From a virus (lineage: Duplodnaviria > Heunggongvirae > Uroviricota > Caudoviricetes), in IMG/VR virus record IMGVR_UViG_3300031911_000001, positions 1 through 37,880 of that record: a stretch of 37,880 nt of DNA. One strand, given 5' to 3'. Below, piece after piece: positions 22,604 through 30,561 of this stretch (position 1 is its first letter; each line of letters opens with the position of its first letter). The notes under the pieces are model-generated. The model ran no database searches, had not been told where the DNA came from, and worked only from the letters and a program-made list of their open reading frames with translations. A program made the position numbers and the translations under genes.

Positions 22604-23966
22604 CTACGGTTTGTGATGTGGTTTGGGTCACTGTGCTGTGTAGTGTACTAACCTCATCTTCACTCATCACGGTCTGTTGTTCTTTCAAATCAACGTCGTA
22701 GAAGATTTGAAGGTCTGGGTCACTTCCCATGATGAACTTGCCGATCTTGTGCTTCCCGGCGTACCGGTTCTTCAAAATCTTGCAGATGATCTTGTTCTGC
22801 GGGGCCATTTCCTCTGGCTGCATACAGGCCATCATGAAGTCGGCAGTGGCAGGAATACCAATCGCCAGACCGGTGTCATCGATGCCGATGTTCTCGGACC
22901 TTTGACCAGCACGGGTGAACTGCGATGCGGACCATACCGGCAGATCGAACTCCTTGCCCAGAGCCCGTAGTTCCTCGGCAACACTCGTGTAGTACAGGTT
23001 GCTATTGGACGCCGCAGAGGACGGCAAACGGCTGGATGCTACGAGCGTCAGGTGGTCTACGCAGACCATGTCGATCTTGATCCCCTTCTTGAGCTTGATC
23101 TCGTTCAGCACGTGTCTGAAGTGACCAGCATGGGCCGTGTTGGCAGCAAACTCCTTGATGATCAAGGTGCCTTGGGTCTTCTCCCGCAGCTTGTCTACCC
23201 GGTTGAAGTATTGCTGTTTCTCAAGAGCATGGAGCTGGTCAAAGGTGATCCCCATGAGGCCGACGTCGGTACGCTCACGGATCACCTCCTCGGCAACTTC
23301 CATGGTGAAGTACACCACGTTCTTGCCCTGCATCAGCATCATCCGAGCCAACTGAATCAGGAATGTCGTCTTGCCGACGTTGATGCCCATCTGGACCACG
23401 TTCAGGGTCTTCTTCTTGAAGCCACCCTTGGTCACACGATTCAAGATGTCAATGTCGAATTTGATACGCTCACCGGGGTCAGCGTAGTATTCCCATTGGT
23501 CTTCGGTGTTGTCGAAGTAGTCATGTCCAATACGACTATCAAAGCTGACGCTCAGCGCATTGGTCATCAATTCGGGAATAGCATTCTTGTCCAATGACTT
23601 GTCTTCACCATTGAGAATGCCAATAGACTTCATGATGGCAAGGAACAGTTCACGGTCCTTGGCCCATTTCTCGGTCTGGTCGTACAGGAATTGGGGGTCC
23701 TGTTTTGTATCGGACGTGCCAAAGTCATTGATGATTGTGGCTGCCTCGATATACATCTGTTCCGGCATCTTCTCTTCTGAGAGCATGACGGCAAGAGCTT
23801 CCTTGGTCGGAAGGTTTTGGTATTTCCCTACATATTTCCTGATCAGCTTGAACACTTCACGTGCTGACTGATCTTCAAAGTATTCATCTTTCAGGTAGAC
23901 CGCAACCTTTCGACTATAGGAGTCAACGTTGATCAGTGCGTCTAGCGCGATTTTCTCGAAACTCAC
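22587..23966 (-). CDS. 41: Replicative DNA helicase gp41 (DnaB family)
   Basis: GINVGKT Walker A, YFTMEVAEE, IIKEF...AHAGHF, VDHL, EELRAL, WSASQ, KILKNRY; uvsX-40-41 synteny. Confidence 0.95.
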   Translation of the reverse strand: MSFEKIALDALINVDSYSRKVAVYLKDEYFEDQSAREVFKLIRKYVGKYQNLPTKEALAVMLSEEKMPEQMYIEAATIINDFGTSDTKQDPQFLYDQTEKWAKDRELFLAIMKSIGILNGEDKSLDKNAIPELMTNALSVSFDSRIGHDYFDNTEDQWEYYADPGERIKFDIDILNRVTKGGFKKKTLNVVQMGINVGKTTFLIQLARMMLMQGKNVVYFTMEVAEEVIRERTDVGLMGITFDQLHALEKQQYFNRVDKLREKTQGTLIIKEFAANTAHAGHFRHVLNEIKLKKGIKIDMVCVDHLTLVASSRLPSSAASNSNLYYTSVAEELRALGKEFDLPVWSASQFTRAGQRSENIGIDDTGLAIGIPATADFMMACMQPEEMAPQNKIICKILKNRYAGKHKIGKFIMGSDPDLQIFYDVDLKEQQTVMSEDEVSTLHSTVTQTTSQTVGEWKF

Positions 23967-24220
23967 TTGCAGGCTTTCTGGACAATTTCCAATAGGATTT
24001 CAAAGATCAGGTCTCTGAATTCCTTCGTATCGGTGTCAATTTTACTGGGGTTCTCGAACACCTCATATTGAAAGGATACGTTCACTCCGTCATCTGTGAG
24101 GGTCGGTTTAACCAAACCGTATTGATAGATGATCCCCTCATAGGGATCACCCTTGAGCATGACTTTCGTCATGCTCTCAATACCATCTGGCAGAGGTAGC
24201 ATTACATACTTCTCTGCCAT
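23963..24220 (-). CDS. 40: gp40-like head vertex assembly chaperone
   Basis: PYEGIIYQYG.V...F.YEV pattern and position between uvsX and 41. Confidence 0.6.
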   Translation of the reverse strand: MAEKYVMLPLPDGIESMTKVMLKGDPYEGIIYQYGLVKPTLTDDGVNVSFQYEVFENPSKIDTDTKEFRDLIFEILLEIVQKACK

Positions 24221-24225
24221 GATGA

Positions 24226-25329
24226 TTACTCTTCCAGCTTGATGATCACGCCGTCGCTGTCCGGAGCACTGAATTCCGACTTGACGATGCCCGAATTCAT
24301 TTCACCTTCACCCAGACGATACTTCTTCTCTGCAAGCTCTTGGAATGGCTTGCTCAACACAATCCGGCTCAGGAACTCAGGGGTCTCGAGGTCGGCCTTA
24401 CGGAACTTCTCGTTCGGATTGATGTCTGTGAAGCCCAGTGTCTCGCTGACTGTGTACCAAGCATTGCTAGGCATACGCACCAGCTCAAACTCACGGGCCA
24501 AGTCCCAGATACCCGAGTACTGATCGATGCCGCCCTCGAAGGTCACCTTGATAGGGAACTTGGTGCCTTCCTTGACGAAGCGAGACTTCATCGGTGTGTA
24601 GTTGAAGGTGAAGCCATTGAGGCCGTCTTCGTCCTTCTCCTTGGAGCGAGTCACGAACCACACAGCATCAGAGGACAGGAAACCCTGCTTGCCGCCCTTG
24701 ATGTGGCGCTCTGCGTACTTGTTGGTCATGTCGTCGTAGAAGCTGTTGATGGCGAACATGGGGATGCCACGTAGGTTCAGCTTCGGTGTGACGATACGCC
24801 AGAAGGAGTTGAGGGTACGAGCACGGGTCATGTCCGTGGTGCCCTTACCGTCCAGCGCGTCCTGAGCTTCCTTCTTCGAAGACACCTGACTGATAGAGTC
24901 GATGAAGAAGAAGACGTTCTCGCCCTTGGTGACGGCTTCAAGAATCTGGACGATCTCAAAGGTCATCTGTTCGATGTTCTCGACGGGGATGTGGACCACA
25001 CGGTCGGTGTCGATGCCGAAAGTCTTGAAGTACGAGCTGGCTGCACCGAACTCGGAATCGACGAACACCATGACGGCCTCAGGATACTTGCGCATGTATT
25101 GCCCGGCCAGGAACAGACACATATTGGTCTTGAAGGTGCGGGAGTCACCTACGACCATCGTAATCCCGGGGGTGATGCCACCCTTGACGAAACCACTCAT
25201 GAGCAGGTTTGCCATCGGGATGCTCGTGGTACAGACGACTTCCTTGTCAAAGAACTTGGAGTCGGTCAGGATGGAGGCACGGGATTCCTTGCCTGTTGCT
25301 TGGATAAGACGTTTTGCTAGTGAGCTCAT
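24226..25329 (-). CDS. uvsX: UvsX RecA-like recombinase
   Basis: GDSRTFKT Walker A, DSEFGA, FFIDSI..SSKKE..DA..GK..DMTRA, NFTYTPMKSRFVKE-like C-terminal motifs. Confidence 0.95.
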   Translation of the reverse strand: MSSLAKRLIQATGKESRASILTDSKFFDKEVVCTTSIPMANLLMSGFVKGGITPGITMVVGDSRTFKTNMCLFLAGQYMRKYPEAVMVFVDSEFGAASSYFKTFGIDTDRVVHIPVENIEQMTFEIVQILEAVTKGENVFFFIDSISQVSSKKEAQDALDGKGTTDMTRARTLNSFWRIVTPKLNLRGIPMFAINSFYDDMTNKYAERHIKGGKQGFLSSDAVWFVTRSKEKDEDGLNGFTFNYTPMKSRFVKEGTKFPIKVTFEGGIDQYSGIWDLAREFELVRMPSNAWYTVSETLGFTDINPNEKFRKADLETPEFLSRIVLSKPFQELAEKKYRLGEGEMNSGIVKSEFSAPDSDGVIIKLEE

Positions 25330-25337
25330 TTGTTTCC

Positions 25338-26000
25338 TTAATGGATTTTGATGACTTCAAACGGGGCTTCTTCAAATAGGTCATCAAACTTGCGTTTGAG
25401 CTTTTCATCACCGACCGCCTCCACAATAGCTACCATGAATTGTGGCAGTTTGTGGAATTGGTTATAGTCAAAGTTCATTACTTTGACCGATCGCAGGTTG
25501 TCAGTGAGGGCCTTGATTTCCTCTTTCTGAGCCTGCACAACAGATTCCAGATTTGCTACTCGGCGGAGCAACAATACTGACCTGATGTGGTGGTCATATA
25601 CGTTCGAGATCAGGTGTGATTGTACTGAATCGAATTCATCATTGGCGCCATCGACGCTTTGATGAGTGTTCGGCAGCAACTCAGATTGAACCCCTTTAAA
25701 CGTGGAACCCGCAGGGAATCCATATTTGCCGGCGTCAAGTGCAAGGTCGGCTCCAATTTCCTGGAAGATCGTTTGAGCTTCTGAGAACTTTGCCGACGGC
25801 ACGAAACTTGTGTAGGTGAACCAGATTTTGGTATGCTCGTCGTCAATAGGAATTGACTCGGCGGCCACCGCACCGTTCACCTCAATGCTATTTAGGGTCT
25901 GCTTGCAGAGCCCCTTCATCTTTTCGACTTGGTCCTGGCTGTCGAGCAGCACATGGAACTTGACAAAGGAGAGATTCTCTGCGAGATTGACTTGGGTCAT
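25338..26000 (-). CDS. Hypothetical protein
   Basis: Likely start MTQVNL (TGATG overlap); 220 aa. Confidence 0.6.
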   Translation of the reverse strand: MTQVNLAENLSFVKFHVLLDSQDQVEKMKGLCKQTLNSIEVNGAVAAESIPIDDEHTKIWFTYTSFVPSAKFSEAQTIFQEIGADLALDAGKYGFPAGSTFKGVQSELLPNTHQSVDGANDEFDSVQSHLISNVYDHHIRSVLLLRRVANLESVVQAQKEEIKALTDNLRSVKVMNFDYNQFHKLPQFMVAIVEAVGDEKLKRKFDDLFEEAPFEVIKIH

Positions 26001-26557
26001 CAGAATTCGTCCGAGTATTGTTCCAGGATACGACGAACGCATTCGCCGACGTTGAAGCCATCTTCACCAGTGTCGATGACGTCGATCTGCACATTGTTCT
26101 TCAACAGGTGCGTCATCACGTCATAGTTGTTCTTGTAGTCGTTGGTCAGGCGAGCAACGGCCAATTCCAGATCGGGGCCGGGTTTGCGTCCAGCACGGGC
26201 ACGTTCTTCACGGATGTTGTGACCTGCATGGATCAGGAGGAAGACATTACGATGAGACTTCCAGCTGTTGAGCATTTCCTCGGCCTGCTCGACGTCACGG
26301 GGTTGGCCGTCGATGATGATGATCTCTGTGCCTCGTTCGAGGGATTCAGAAATCAGGCTCCGGTACATGTCAATTGCCTCTTGACGAGTCTTCTCGGGGG
26401 CGGCTTGGCCTTGGAAGTAGGCTTCACCGTACTTGGCTCGGAGGGCTTTGCCGATCTGGACTGCCTCTACGTTCTCGGGGGCAGCATCGACGAGTGCGTT
26501 GATGATGGTGGACTTGCCAGCACAGGTCGGTCCCATTGCATGGATGATTACAGACAT
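26000..26557 (-). CDS. Adenylate/NMP-kinase-like P-loop protein
   Basis: Start MSVII; GPTCAGKST, IIIDGQPR..EQAE and R.RA...D..RL match the NMP kinase family. Confidence 0.75.
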   Translation of the reverse strand: MSVIIHAMGPTCAGKSTIINALVDAAPENVEAVQIGKALRAKYGEAYFQGQAAPEKTRQEAIDMYRSLISESLERGTEIIIIDGQPRDVEQAEEMLNSWKSHRNVFLLIHAGHNIREERARAGRKPGPDLELAVARLTNDYKNNYDVMTHLLKNNVQIDVIDTGEDGFNVGECVRRILEQYSDEF

Positions 26558-26635
26558 TCTCTCATTTCCTTCGTAAGAAATCTTCGTTTCAATACATGGT
26601 TCCCCATGGACCAAAACGAAGATATTCAAATGGGT

Positions 26636-26665
26636 TAACAGGTTTGTATTTTAGTTGACCTGTTA
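26636..26665 (-). promoter_or_regulatory. Inverted repeat with TAAAATA loop (late-promoter variant or terminator-like)
   Basis: TAACAGGT-caacTAAAATAcaa-ACCTGTTA. Confidence 0.35.
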
Positions 26666-26863
26666 TCAATCGTTGTACGCAGTGAAGTGGAACACTCCAT
26701 TGATTTGATCGAAGTAGGTGAAGGTGCCACCGAAGGTCCCATCGATCTTCAGACGGACTTCCTTGCTGGTCATACCCGGGGTGAAGGTCCCCTTCAGGTA
26801 GGAGTTGGCATGACCGTGGCGGATTTCGGTAACGACCACTTTCTTTTCTGGCTCTGTTGTCAT
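26666..26863 (-). CDS. Hypothetical protein
   Basis: Start MTTEPEK, 1 nt after the ligase stop; 65 aa. Confidence 0.6.
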   Translation of the reverse strand: MTTEPEKKVVVTEIRHGHANSYLKGTFTPGMTSKEVRLKIDGTFGGTFTYFDQINGVFHFTAYND

Positions 26864-26864
26864 A

Positions 26865-28016
26865 TCAGTTTCCGGGTTTGAGGAGGTACTCATTCGAGAT
26901 ACCCTTGAAAGAGAAGTCGTTGTCCGAAGACAGGAGCTTGAAGACCTTGCCTTCACCGATCTTGTTGCGGATCGATGGGCCTACGACCTTGGCCAGCAGT
27001 TCTTCACGGTCCTTGGCGTAGTCCTTGAGCAGGATCGATTCATGGACGATCGGCACATGGTTGAGGCCAAACTCATCGCACAGTGACTTGGTCCACATCG
27101 GGTGCAGGTAGCGCTGCTGCTCAATGTCGAACATGTCATAGACGTAGAACTCGTTGCCGTTCTCGCACTTCTCGTGGTTGTCCTGGATCGACGGGCCGAC
27201 CATCTCACCCTGAATAGCCAGAGCCTTGAGCCCGTACAGGGACATCAGATGCAGGAGCTTCTCGTGGATCTGTTCCTTCTTGACGATGGCCCAGAATGCA
27301 TTGCCTTCGGTATCGACCAGATCAAGGTTACGACTGCAGACACCGTAGTTTGAGAACAAGCCCGGCACTTCGACACCGGCTTCATCGAGCTTCGGTTCGT
27401 AGTATTTGCTGTCGTGGCTCACGACGTAGGCGGTGAGTGACGACCCATCCAGCTTCTGACTGACTTGGAACGCCTCGTGGCCATATTCCACGAACACGTT
27501 CGGCAGATTCTGAACACGTTCCTGGTCCGTCTTGCGGAGGAAGTGAGGCCAGTTGCTCTTGCTGACCATGCCGGTCGAAGCGTCAATCTTCTCCCACTTT
27601 TCGACGCCGAACGTTGTCGCAAGGTCCATGCGGTCGTTGATCTCTTCAAGAGTTTCGCCATAGACAGCCATGCATGTCGTCACGTGGTCTTCGAGCCCTT
27701 GACTCTCTGCGGTGTCGGGCCATGCGATCATCGGGAGCAGGAGGCCTTGGGACAGTTGGCCCTTCATCTTCATCGTCTTGATGCGGACACCCTCTTTGCC
27801 GTTCCACTTGACGGCCCGTGGTGCGAGGAAGGCGAACTGCGGTTCGGTGTGATCGAGGAAAGAGTCAATCTCGAAGTAGACGCCGATGCCGCCGACTTGG
27901 AACTCGCCCTTCTTGGCGATGCATTGCCAGCCATCGATTTTGACCAGCTCGATCAGGTCGGCTCCTTCGATGGGGAGGATTTCCGTCACTCGACGGAGTG
28001 TCACCAGTTTACGCAT
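26865..28016 (-). CDS. ATP-dependent RNA ligase (Rnl2/DRB0094-like family)
   Basis: N-terminal MRKLVT.R....I.PIEGAD.IE...IDGW.C..KKGEF; motif I SQKLDGSS; SRN; IQGEM.GP.IQ; F.VYD; EGKV; FKGISN.YL. Confidence 0.85.
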   Translation of the reverse strand: MRKLVTLRRVTEILPIEGADLIELVKIDGWQCIAKKGEFQVGGIGVYFEIDSFLDHTEPQFAFLAPRAVKWNGKEGVRIKTMKMKGQLSQGLLLPMIAWPDTAESQGLEDHVTTCMAVYGETLEEINDRMDLATTFGVEKWEKIDASTGMVSKSNWPHFLRKTDQERVQNLPNVFVEYGHEAFQVSQKLDGSSLTAYVVSHDSKYYEPKLDEAGVEVPGLFSNYGVCSRNLDLVDTEGNAFWAIVKKEQIHEKLLHLMSLYGLKALAIQGEMVGPSIQDNHEKCENGNEFYVYDMFDIEQQRYLHPMWTKSLCDEFGLNHVPIVHESILLKDYAKDREELLAKVVGPSIRNKIGEGKVFKLLSSDNDFSFKGISNEYLLKPGN

Positions 28017-28019
28017 TAG

Positions 28020-28045
28020 AAAACCCCTTGTTGTTGAAGGGGTTA
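28020..28045 (-). terminator. Hairpin overlapping the RNA-ligase RBS (terminator or RBS-sequestering)
   Basis: AACCCCTT-CAACAAC-AAGGGGTT-TTCT immediately before the ATG. Confidence 0.45.
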
Positions 28046-28078
28046 GTCTAAGGGGTGGCGCCTTCAATGGCGCGTCAG

Positions 28079-28426
28079 TTACTCAGGTTTGATGCGGAAT
28101 TGAGTGTGAGGGTCCCAAGATGGATTTTCAGCATCACACCATTGATCTCGCATACCGGGATCACGTAGGTACTCGATCTTAGCCCCGTAGGCCCATGCCG
28201 TCTGGAGGTCGGTGTGATCGAAGGTTCGACCGGCAGGAATCTTGTCACCAAGCAGGCGACGGGCCTTCACCCACGGGCAACCCTTGTTATGGTCTTCGAG
28301 GAATCGACCGGCATAGCCGTAGGGGCGCCCGGGTGGATGCCCACCACAATGGATGCAGCAACCCATTTCGTCCCCGTTGATGGGATCACGGGGAGCCAGT
28401 ATGGCAAGGAGTTTGCGCGGAATCAT
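28079..28426 (-). CDS. Hypothetical protein (CxxC...H...C; C-terminal W...P.W...YRIKP-like motif)
   Basis: 115 aa; CCIHCG, DHNKGCPW, NPSWDPHTQFRIKP. Confidence 0.65.
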   Translation of the reverse strand: MIPRKLLAILAPRDPINGDEMGCCIHCGGHPPGRPYGYAGRFLEDHNKGCPWVKARRLLGDKIPAGRTFDHTDLQTAWAYGAKIEYLRDPGMRDQWCDAENPSWDPHTQFRIKPE

Positions 28427-28427
28427 G

Positions 28428-28688
28428 TCATTCCTTTGGGTAGTTTCCTACGACTTCACGATAGCGACGGATCATGATGGTCCGGGCTTCACTTTTGTAG
28501 ACGCAAGAAGGCCACGTCCCAAGTTCTATCGAGAATAGGCGGAATGCCTCTTTGAATCCATCAATCGGCAAGTTGAGGAATCGCCACGTGAAGTCAGAAT
28601 AGATCGGGAGCATGACTTGATCGAGCTCCATCTCCAGTTGATTCATCTGCCCGACAATCTCTTTGGCTCGTTCCAGTGTCATGATCAA
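28428..28688 (-). CDS. Hypothetical protein
   Basis: 86 aa, operon-coupled. Confidence 0.6.
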   Translation of the reverse strand: MIMTLERAKEIVGQMNQLEMELDQVMLPIYSDFTWRFLNLPIDGFKEAFRLFSIELGTWPSCVYKSEARTIMIRRYREVVGNYPKE

Positions 28689-28927
28689 TCCTCCTGGTCA
28701 AATTCGTCTGTGAAATCACCAACGTCCGGGTCGGTGATGAGGCCACTGTCTTCCAGCTCCCAGTTGTCGATGTGGTCGTCGACTGCATACTTCGTCTCGG
28801 CCTTGTCTTCCTCGGGAACATGCTTCTCGACCCATGCGTGGGCCAGGATCGTCACGTCCTCGACGAGAGCGCCTGCCATAAGCAGGTCATCGAGGTACTC
28901 GATCAGGTCTGCTGTGAGATGGATCAT
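28685..28927 (-). CDS. Highly acidic small protein
   Basis: Start MIHLTAD (ATGA overlap); 25 Asp/Glu versus 3 Lys and 0 Arg in 80 aa. Confidence 0.65.
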   Translation of the reverse strand: MIHLTADLIEYLDDLLMAGALVEDVTILAHAWVEKHVPEEDKAETKYAVDDHIDNWELEDSGLITDPDVGDFTDEFDQED

Positions 28928-29175
28928 TTCAGACTCTTGAAGAAGTTGACAACATCCAAGACTGCCGTCCGGTTGGTGACCTTGGGCAACGGCTCTACGG
29001 GGGCAGGTGCGGGCGGAGGGGCCGTAGGGCCAACCGTAACGCCGTCGATGGTGTACCGGGTAATGCTCGGACCCATTGCACACCACCGCTGGGCGGACTT
29101 CTCGTCTTCGCAGCAGTGGCCGTAGATTTCTTCCCACTTACCGGCCGTCAGGATTTCAATTTTGACTTGCTTCAT
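28924..29175 (-). CDS. Hypothetical protein
   Basis: 83 aa with a Pro-rich linker. Confidence 0.65.
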   Translation of the reverse strand: MKQVKIEILTAGKWEEIYGHCCEDEKSAQRWCAMGPSITRYTIDGVTVGPTAPPPAPAPVEPLPKVTNRTAVLDVVNFFKSLK

Positions 29176-29178
29176 GAC

Positions 29179-29388
29179 TTACTCCGCCTTGGGGATGCTG
29201 ACAGTAAACACGCCGGGGTAAGCCTTGCCGTCGATGATGACGGGACAGCCGGTGGCAATGGTATGACCAAAAGGCATCGGCCTCTCTGCACGCTTCGCCA
29301 AGGTGTCCATGATGTTTGAAACCAAACGCATTGCTTCGGCGTCGGTCATGGACAGCTCAATCCGTGTTCCTTCGATATCGATGTTCAT
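29179..29388 (-). CDS. Hypothetical protein
   Basis: 69 aa, operon-coupled. Confidence 0.65.
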   Translation of the reverse strand: MNIDIEGTRIELSMTDAEAMRLVSNIMDTLAKRAERPMPFGHTIATGCPVIIDGKAYPGVFTVSIPKAE

Positions 29389-29474
29389 TGCAGTTCTCCC
29401 AGTTGGCTGTGATCTACGTCAAATTCGTCTTCGGGGAAGGCTAGACCAAAGTCCGGTTCGTTGTTGGTAAACAT
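29385..29474 (-). CDS. 29-aa acidic peptide, first gene of a strong early operon
   Basis: MFTNNEPDFGLAFPEDEFDVDHSQLGELQ; GGAG SD, consensus promoter, ATGA overlap with the next gene. Confidence 0.65.
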   Translation of the reverse strand: MFTNNEPDFGLAFPEDEFDVDHSQLGELQ

Positions 29475-29504
29475 TTGCACTCTCCAGTGTGTTTGTGTGC
29501 CTCA

Positions 29505-29533
29505 ATTATATGAAGCCCACGACACACTGTCAA
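29505..29533 (-). promoter_or_regulatory. Consensus sigma70 promoter
   Basis: TTGACA-17 nt-TATAAT; GTGTGTC/GGCACAC inverted repeat around the -10. Confidence 0.9.
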
Positions 29534-29793
29534 CGATTTTCTTCAATCTGTTGTTTTCTGCAGGCTTTCCACCCGTCGAACCATCGGCACCAGTCGCCCT
29601 GCGTCTCTCGATTGAGGTAGCCTACCCAGAAATAATCACGCCTTGGCCGGGAACTACGTTGGTCGGTCTCGCCGCAATACACAGGGGTCAGGCTGTATGC
29701 TGGGAGTTTGGAGTGGTGGGCCTCGAACTTCTGGCGGCAGAGCTCGTGGTCTGCCTCCGTCAGTTCCCCGTCCTTGTCAAAGTAGATGGGCAT
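29530..29793 (-). CDS. Hypothetical protein
   Basis: Start MPIYFD; C-terminal W.GWKA motif. Confidence 0.6.
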   Translation of the reverse strand: MPIYFDKDGELTEADHELCRQKFEAHHSKLPAYSLTPVYCGETDQRSSRPRRDYFWVGYLNRETQGDWCRWFDGWKACRKQQIEENR

Positions 29794-29800
29794 TTTGAAA

Positions 29801-30094
29801 TTATTTGTAGTCAACGGCTTTGCAGACGTCGGGGAAGACCCGTTGGGCAGTACCGGGGCCGTTGCGCTTGTCGAGTGCAGCCAGTTCACCACGGACATAC
29901 TCGGCACCTTGGAAGGTTTCGCCGCTGTCGCTGATACTGTTTTCTTCACCGGCGAGTTCAAAGCACAGATCACACAGTTGAACACCTGCACCATCACCGC
30001 CGGTGTCACGGGTGTTGTGTTTGCAGGAACGGCAGATGTAAACACCCGAGCCGCGTTGGAAGTGGGAGTTACGAGCGGTTTTGTTGGTTGCCAT
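29801..30094 (-). CDS. Zn-finger-like early protein
   Basis: YICRSCKH.TR.TG...LC.LCFELAG.ENS (two CxxC pairs); first gene after a promoter. Confidence 0.7.
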   Translation of the reverse strand: MATNKTARNSHFQRGSGVYICRSCKHNTRDTGGDGAGVQLCDLCFELAGEENSISDSGETFQGAEYVRGELAALDKRNGPGTAQRVFPDVCKAVDYK

Positions 30095-30114
30095 TTTCAC
30101 TTCTCCAAGTGGTT
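30090..30114 (-). repeat. 25-bp exact direct repeat of 7652-7676 (leader plus start codon)
   Basis: GCCATTTTCACTTCTCCAAGTGGTT occurs at both positions. Confidence 0.85.
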
Positions 30115-30126
30115 GTTGATGTTCCT

Positions 30127-30155
30127 ATTGTAGGTGTGCTTTTGGTGCTCGTCAA
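30127..30155 (-). promoter_or_regulatory. Sigma70-type promoter
   Basis: TTGACG-17 nt-TACAAT with an AT-rich upstream element. Confidence 0.8.
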
Positions 30156-30175
30156 CAACTAAATTGAAGAAATTT

Positions 30176-30304
30176 TCAATTCTTTTTGACGAAGTCCCAG
30201 AAGTCCTTCGAGATGCGACCTTTGACGACCCCGTGTGGCGTGAGGGTGATCCATTGGAACGGGGTGCGCTCCACGTAGAGGGCGGTGTACAGGGCTTCGA
30301 GCAT
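30176..30304 (-). CDS. Small hypothetical protein (42 aa)
   Basis: MLEALYTALY..., starting 1 nt after the previous stop. Confidence 0.5.
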   Translation of the reverse strand: MLEALYTALYVERTPFQWITLTPHGVVKGRISKDFWDFVKKN

Positions 30305-30305
30305 G

Positions 30306-30506
30306 TCACTCACCAATGTTGACCGGAGCATTGCACTGCACGAACTTGACGTCCTGGAAGAACCGACCAGACATCCCACTGTATTGATAGTGGACGCCTT
30401 GGTAGATCACCAAGCTGGCCTCGGCGATGGTTTCCTGGTCTACGTCGACGACCTTGACGAGTTCGTTGTTCTTGTCAAGAAGGCTGATTTTGATCATGTT
30501 GGGCAT
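30306..30506 (-). CDS. Hypothetical protein
   Basis: 66 aa; GGAG SD and its own promoter. Confidence 0.7.
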   Translation of the reverse strand: MPNMIKISLLDKNNELVKVVDVDQETIAEASLVIYQGVHYQYSGMSGRFFQDVKFVQCNAPVNIGE

Positions 30507-30532
30507 TTGGACTCTCCAGTGGTTGAAGCCGG

Positions 30533-30561
30533 AGTGTACACCCGCAAATTGGGAAACTCAA
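30533..30561 (-). promoter_or_regulatory. Sigma70-type promoter
   Basis: TTGAGT-17 nt-TACACT. Confidence 0.6.
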
